A DNA stretch of 64,000 bases. It comes from Sedimenticola sp. (GTDB lineage: Bacteria > Pseudomonadota > Gammaproteobacteria > Chromatiales > Chromatiaceae). The notes beneath the pieces were generated by a model. It was not told the DNA's origin and made no database searches. It worked only from the letters and a program-made list of their open reading frames with translations. Positions 59,267 through 64,000 of the stretch are shown here, piece after piece (the stretch's first letter is position 1; the number at the start of each line of letters is the position of its first letter). The position numbers were made by a program, and so were the translations under genes. The DNA lies in NCBI GenBank assembly GCA_026983675.1, contig JALSTP010000075.1, forward strand, positions 442 through 64,441, read 5' to 3'.

Positions 59267-59402
59267 AAGTTTGCGTGCGCCGGCATTGTGGCGGTATGCG
59301 GGCTTCTCTATAGTGGGCATGCAACCGGGCTAAGGGGCGCCGCTCCCGTCTCGGTGGCGCATTCAGGTTCCATTGATCCTTTATGGTATGAGGTGTGTGC
59401 AT

Positions 59403-59609
59403 ATGTCAGTGGCAAAAGTGACGGAGATCCTGGCGGAGTCGGACAAGAGTTTCGACGATGCGGTGAAACAAGGCATTAAGCGGGCCAACAAGACCCTGAA
59501 AAACGTGAAGAACGCCTGGGTCTCGGACCATAGCGTGAGCGTGGGCAACGACGGCAAGATCAGCAATTACCGGGTGCGGATGAAGGTGACCTTCGTTTTG
59601 AAAGACTGA
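59403..59609 (+). CDS. dodecin family (flavin-binding) protein
   Basis: MSVAKVTEILAESDKSFDDAVKQGIKRANKTLKNVKNAWV...YRVRMKVTFVL. A GAGGTG ribosome-binding site lies upstream of ATG 59403. Confidence 0.8.
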   Translation: MSVAKVTEILAESDKSFDDAVKQGIKRANKTLKNVKNAWVSDHSVSVGNDGKISNYRVRMKVTFVLKD

Positions 59610-59910
59610 ACGGAGATCACACCGCCGTTTCTGGCTGTACGGTCCCCGCCATGGATCGAAGTGGTCCGTTCAGTTATGGCATAGTAGCGCGTTACGGTTG
59701 TGGGCGTGCCGTAAAGAATTCCGTTCCCAGGTCGAAAAACTTGATGGGACGAGGCGTGCGTGATCAGCTGACGCCCCCTTGCTGATTGGTTGTCAAGGGG
59801 AGCGTTCACCGTGGCTTATTGCCCGTATTGCGGTGGGTTGCCGGACGATGCGCCGGTGGTCCTCCCTGCTCGAATCAATGATGGGTTGGTTATCTAAAGG
59901 TACAAACGTA

Positions 59911-60747
59911 ATGGTGGATACTGCAAGGACCGAAAACACGGTCACGATCAGGCCCCCTTCCGGTTGGGAGTGGATCGATTTCAAGGAGTTGTTCGCCTAT
60001 CGGGACCTGTTCTATTTCCTGGTATGGCGGGACATCAAGATCCTCTATGCGCAGACGATCATGGGCTTCTCCTGGGCCATCTTCAACCCCCTGATCCAGA
60101 TCGTGATCTTCTCCATCGTGTTTGGTCGGGTGGCCAAGCTGGATACCGGCGGCATCCCCTATGTCCTGTTTTCCACCGTGGCGATCATTCCCTGGACCTA
60201 CATGTCCGAGTCCATGCGAGCCTCCAGTCAAAGCCTGGTACAGGGACAGGCGGTACTGGGCAAGATCTATTTTCCGCGGGTGCTCTATCCCATCACACCG
60301 ATCCTGGCGAAACTGGTGGATTTTGGCATTTCGCTCGTACTGCTGTTGCTGATCATGGTCTGGTACAGGGTGATGCCGACCTGGAACGTCCTGCTGTTGC
60401 CGGTCCTCATCGTCATGATGATGGCGGTGCCGGCAGGCATGGGGCTCTGGTTGTCGGCGCTGGCGATCCGTTTTCGGGACGTGAAGTTTGCCATGCCCTT
60501 CGTGATTCGCATGCTGATCTATTCGGCGCCAGTGCTCTATTCGGCGACCTCCATCAGCCCGGAATACCGGATTCTCTACGCCCTGAATCCCATCGTCGGC
60601 GTTATCGAAGGATTTCGTTCCGCCCTGTTGGGGACGCCAATCATGTGGGATTCCCTGCTCGTGGGGGTCATCATGAGCGGCCTGTTACTGTTCTCCGGCA
60701 TGCTCTATTTCAAGAAGATGGAACGGGTGTTCGTGGACGTGATCTAA
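59911..60747 (+). CDS. wzm: ABC-2 type polysaccharide export permease (Wzm-like)
   Basis: LFAYRDLFYFLVWRDIKILYAQTIMGFSWAIFNPL..., six TM helices. Confidence 0.88.
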   Translation: MVDTARTENTVTIRPPSGWEWIDFKELFAYRDLFYFLVWRDIKILYAQTIMGFSWAIFNPLIQIVIFSIVFGRVAKLDTGGIPYVLFSTVAIIPWTYMSESMRASSQSLVQGQAVLGKIYFPRVLYPITPILAKLVDFGISLVLLLLIMVWYRVMPTWNVLLLPVLIVMMMAVPAGMGLWLSALAIRFRDVKFAMPFVIRMLIYSAPVLYSATSISPEYRILYALNPIVGVIEGFRSALLGTPIMWDSLLVGVIMSGLLLFSGMLYFKKMERVFVDVI

Positions 60748-60829
60748 CCGTCGGCGTGCCGGCGCCGGAATCCGAGTTCAACTAGACAGTGCGGGGACGG
60801 CCTAAGTCCCGCCCAAGGTGGAAACAACT

Positions 60830-62173
60830 ATGAGCAGCAAGGGACCCGTCATCAGGGTCGATAACGTCAGCAAGATCTACCGCGTCGGCGTTCAGGACAG
60901 CGCTAGCGAAAACATGGTGGGGGCGTTTCTGGACTTCATCAGGAGCCCGCTGAAGAACTACCGCAAGTATCGTTCGCTGTACGATTTCTCTGATGTCCTC
61001 GACGACGGTAGTGGCGGGGAGGACAGCAACGTCCTGTGGGCGCTCAGGGATGTTTCCTTCGAGGTCGAGCAAGGCGATGTGGTCGGCGTGATCGGCATGA
61101 ATGGCGCCGGCAAATCCACCCTGCTGAAACTGCTGTCGCGCATTACCCCGCCGACCCGGGGCGAGATCCAGATCCGGGGCCGGGTGGGCAGTCTGCTGGA
61201 GGTGGGGACCGGATTTCATCCCGAACTGACCGGCCGCGAGAACATCTATCTCAACGGCACCATCCTGGGGATGAGAAAGAAAGAGGTGGATCGCAAGTTC
61301 GATGAGATCATCGACTTTGCCGCCGTGGACAAGTTTCTCGATACCCCCGTAAAGCGCTATTCCAGTGGGATGCGGGTGCGTCTGGCATTTGCCGTCGCGG
61401 CCCATCTGGAGCCGGAGATCCTGATTGTCGACGAGGTGTTGGCGGTGGGAGACTATGAATTTCAGCGCAAGTGCATCAACAAGATGCAGGATGTGAGTGG
61501 AGAAGGCCGCACCGTGCTGTTCGTTTCTCACAACATGCCGTCGGTGGCGCGCCTGTGCGACCGGGGCATTCTGCTGAACAAGGGCCAAGTGGTGCAGGAC
61601 GGCAAGGTGGAGGAGATCATCTCTGCCTATCTCAGCAGCGGCAGCGGTGTCACCTCGGAACGCACCTGGGATGAGGCCGAGGCGCCCGGTGGCAACATTG
61701 CGCGGCTACGGGCCGTGCGCGTGCTCGACAAGGACGGTACCCTGGCCGAGGCGGTCGAGATTACCGACCCGGTGACCGTCGAAATGGAATACGAGCTGCT
61801 CGAATCCGGTCACGAGGTGGTGCCCAACGTCCATTTCCACAACGAACAGGGCATCAATGTCTTCATGACCGTGGACAACGACAAGGAGTGGAGCGGCCGG
61901 CCGCGACCCGCCGGGTATTACAAAAGCACCATCACCATTCCCGGCAACCTGTTGTCCGAAGGCATGCTCTATGTCACGCCCTCGCTGATCGGCCTTCAGG
62001 AGAAACGCGGCGAGTTCCTGGTACGGCAGGCGATTGCGTTTCAGGTCGTGGACCATATGCTCGAGGGGAGTGCGAGGGCAGGCTACACTTTGCAGTTCCA
62101 TGGGGTTATGCGACCGTTGGTGCCATGGCGTACCGTGAAGTATGAAAACGAGCACCGGAGCCAGGCGGGCTGA
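60830..62173 (+). CDS. wzt: polysaccharide ABC exporter ATP-binding protein with a C-terminal Wzt_C-like carbohydrate-binding domain
   Basis: Walker A GMNGAGKST, signature YSSGMRVRLAFA, Walker B ILIVDEVL, plus a ~190-aa beta-rich C-terminal extension. Confidence 0.88.
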   Translation: MSSKGPVIRVDNVSKIYRVGVQDSASENMVGAFLDFIRSPLKNYRKYRSLYDFSDVLDDGSGGEDSNVLWALRDVSFEVEQGDVVGVIGMNGAGKSTLLKLLSRITPPTRGEIQIRGRVGSLLEVGTGFHPELTGRENIYLNGTILGMRKKEVDRKFDEIIDFAAVDKFLDTPVKRYSSGMRVRLAFAVAAHLEPEILIVDEVLAVGDYEFQRKCINKMQDVSGEGRTVLFVSHNMPSVARLCDRGILLNKGQVVQDGKVEEIISAYLSSGSGVTSERTWDEAEAPGGNIARLRAVRVLDKDGTLAEAVEITDPVTVEMEYELLESGHEVVPNVHFHNEQGINVFMTVDNDKEWSGRPRPAGYYKSTITIPGNLLSEGMLYVTPSLIGLQEKRGEFLVRQAIAFQVVDHMLEGSARAGYTLQFHGVMRPLVPWRTVKYENEHRSQAG

Positions 62174-62186
62174 GAGAGCGGCAACC

Positions 62187-62900
62187 ATGGCGGTTTCTCT
62201 TCTGGACCGAATCGGCAGGCGGCTGGCGGGCATGATCGACCGCGTGCAGACCCCTGAACCCCTGGTGGCGCTTACCTTCGACGATGGCCCCGATCCCGCC
62301 TCCACCCCTGCCGTGCTCGACCTGTTGCGGCGCCACCACGCCAGGGCGACCTTTTTCTGCGTGGGTGAACGCGCGGCGGCGCACCCCGAGCTGACCAGGC
62401 GGATGGCCGAAGACGGGCATGTTATTGGCAACCACAGCTGGAGCCATGAACGCTTTCCCCTCATGACCGCAGCCCAGCGCGTGGAGCAGCTTGCGCGGGC
62501 GGCGGCGCACCTTCCCCGGCAACCGGTCAGACTGTTTCGTCCTCCCTACGGCGATTACTCCCTTGGCAGCGCCTTCGACGTATGGCGCAAAGGCTATCAG
62601 GCGATTGCCTGGGATGTCCTCGTCCGCGACTGGTGCGAGCGGGATGCGGGCCGCATGCGGGCGGTGCTGGAAGAGAAGGTGCGGCCCGGGTCCATCGTAC
62701 TGCTGCACGACGCCCTGTACAAATTCACCGCCGATGACTATCCGCCCCGTGATGCGATGCTTGGCGCACTGGATGACTGGCTGGACCACAATGGGACCCG
62801 TTACCGTTTCGTCACGGTTCCCGAACTGCTGGCGGCCTCCCGGCGCTACGTCCGCCGCTCCATCCGGCGGATCCCGCCGGCGCAAGGAGCGAGGGCGTGA
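62187..62900 (+). CDS. polysaccharide deacetylase (NodB/CE4 domain)
   Basis: LTFDDGPDP...ATFFCVGE...GHVIGNHSWSH...LRPPYG...VLLHD. Confidence 0.88.
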   Translation: MAVSLLDRIGRRLAGMIDRVQTPEPLVALTFDDGPDPASTPAVLDLLRRHHARATFFCVGERAAAHPELTRRMAEDGHVIGNHSWSHERFPLMTAAQRVEQLARAAAHLPRQPVRLFRPPYGDYSLGSAFDVWRKGYQAIAWDVLVRDWCERDAGRMRAVLEEKVRPGSIVLLHDALYKFTADDYPPRDAMLGALDDWLDHNGTRYRFVTVPELLAASRRYVRRSIRRIPPAQGARA

Positions 62901-63778
62901 CCGACAGAGTGGACGTGAGTGTCGTGGTGCCGGCATACAACGAAGGCCGGACAATCGGGGAGAACCTGCAGGCGCTGGCCGAACAGACCTTCCGGGGCGA
63001 CTGGGAGGTCATCGTCGCCGACAACGGTTCGACCGACGACACTCGTGAGATCGTACGCCGATTCATGCAGCGATTTCCCCGCCTGCGTCTGATCGAGGCC
63101 GACGGGCGGCAGGGGGCGGCCCATGCGCGCAATCGCGGCGTGGAGGTGGCGCGAGGGGACTGCATCCTGTTCGTGGACGCGGACGACGTGCCGGGAGTGG
63201 GCTGGGTGGCGGCCCTGCGCGAGGCGCTCGACGAATACGATCTGGTGGCCAGTCGCTGGGAATGCGAGCGCCTCAACCCGCCGGGAGAAGGTGACAGACG
63301 GATCCGTGGCTGTGCGCAGGCGGAGGGCCTGCAGCAATACCGTTATCCGCCCTATCTGCCCCACTCGGGGGGATGTGGGCTGGGCGTGCGGCGCAAGATC
63401 CACGAAGAAGTGGGCGGGTTCGACGAATCCATGCGTCTGCTGGAGGACACCGACTACTGTTGGCGTATCCAGCTCACCGGACACAGTTTCGGCTTTGCGG
63501 ACAAGGGTGTCGTCCACATCCGTTTTCCCGATGATCCGAGAGGCGCGCTGCGGCAGGCCCGCACCTGGGGCGAGTTCAACGTGTTGCTCTACAAGAAGTA
63601 CCGGCCACAGGGCATGCCGAAACTCAATGTGAAGGAGGGCCTCCGCGCGTGGATGCGACTGATCCGTCGTCTGCCGCGCCTGCGTCACGCCGACGTGCGT
63701 CCGGCCCTGCTCTGGCAACTCAACTGGCGCTATGGCCGTTTGAAGGGCTGTATCAAACACCGCGTGCTCGCCTTGTGA
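62897..63778 (+). CDS. family 2 glycosyltransferase
   Basis: VSVVVPAYNE...ADNGSTDDT...ARNRGVEVARGDCILFVDADD...EDTDYCWR. The GTG start overlaps the upstream stop (GTGA). Confidence 0.88.
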   Translation: MTDRVDVSVVVPAYNEGRTIGENLQALAEQTFRGDWEVIVADNGSTDDTREIVRRFMQRFPRLRLIEADGRQGAAHARNRGVEVARGDCILFVDADDVPGVGWVAALREALDEYDLVASRWECERLNPPGEGDRRIRGCAQAEGLQQYRYPPYLPHSGGCGLGVRRKIHEEVGGFDESMRLLEDTDYCWRIQLTGHSFGFADKGVVHIRFPDDPRGALRQARTWGEFNVLLYKKYRPQGMPKLNVKEGLRAWMRLIRRLPRLRHADVRPALLWQLNWRYGRLKGCIKHRVLAL

Positions 63779-63863
63779 CCGAACCCCACATCGACGTGGT
63801 TTCAGACACCAACCGCGCTGTATTTTCGCCTCCCGACCAAATGGTTGCCACCAGTGGATCCGC

Positions 63864-64000
63864 TCAGGCCAAGGCCCCCTGATGTTCGATATTGAAGGTC
63901 TTGAGTACGATATTGAACGCCCGGTTATTGGCGGCAAGGGTCACCACGTCGAACAGCTCCTGGTCGTTCCAGCCAGCGGTGCGCGCAGTGTCCAGATCCG
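63864..64000 (-). CDS. carboxymuconolactone decarboxylase/AhpD-like family protein (C-terminal fragment; 5' end outside the window)
   Basis: My translation of the minus strand: ...DLDTARTAGWNDQELFDVVTLAANNRAFNIVLKTFNIEHQGALA*, a typical CMD-family C-terminal helix pair. Confidence 0.55.
   Translation of the reverse strand, partial: DLDTARTAGWNDQELFDVVTLAANNRAFNIVLKTFNIEHQGALA

Noticed and set aside
59678-59691. ops/JUMPStart-like sequence (GGCATAGTAGCGCG) upstream of the wzm-wzt cluster.
   Set aside because: Only about 7 of 12 positions match GGCGGTAGCGTG, which is too weak to call an RfaH recruitment site.
1-64000. Scan for tRNA, rRNA, CRISPR arrays, integrons, prophage or IS transposase genes.
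   Set aside because: I recognised none. Every gap larger than ~150 bp is accounted for by promoters, the repeat elements described, or AT-rich leader regions. A tRNAscan/Infernal run would be needed for certainty.

Overview
This looks like a high-GC chromosomal segment from a gammaproteobacterium. That placement is an inference from conserved gene order (yibN-like/secB/gpsA, gpmI-envC-yibQ, ubiE-ubiJ-ubiB, hslVU, dapF-DUF484-xerC, argH next to algZ/algR) and from sulfur-relay genes (TusA, DsrC/TusE-like, rhodanese) typical of sulfur-oxidising lineages. Nearly all of the window is housekeeping. It includes glyQS, glnA-ntrBC with recognisable sigma-54/NtrC sites, ubiquinone biosynthesis, hslVU, lysA/dapF/argH/murI, class I adenylate cyclase, several c-di-GMP/HDOD signalling proteins, a lipid A phosphoethanolamine-modification cluster and an ABC-transporter-dependent glycan export cluster. 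I saw no rRNA, tRNA, CRISPR array, prophage or intact IS. Most long ORFs in the track are antisense or off-frame shadows of real genes, as expected at this GC content.

The observations most worth a second look:
- **Possible toxin/immunity pair (56159-57087).** A membrane-anchored EndoU-like RNase is start/stop-coupled to a small acidic YacL-like protein, immediately downstream of a repeat element.
- **Two small MITE-like repeat families with CTAG-bounded ends.** Copies or fragments sit at four loci, and two gene stop codons lie inside their terminal CTAG.
- **A 34-bp near-perfect inverted repeat (18717-18858)**, with a related half-copy about 30 kb away.
- **A PP-loop ATPase/TusA coupled pair.**
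- **A cysteine-less DsrC/TusE homologue.**
- **A degenerate-GGDEF protein placed immediately upstream of cyaA.**

All family assignments come from motif recognition by eye. No database search was run.
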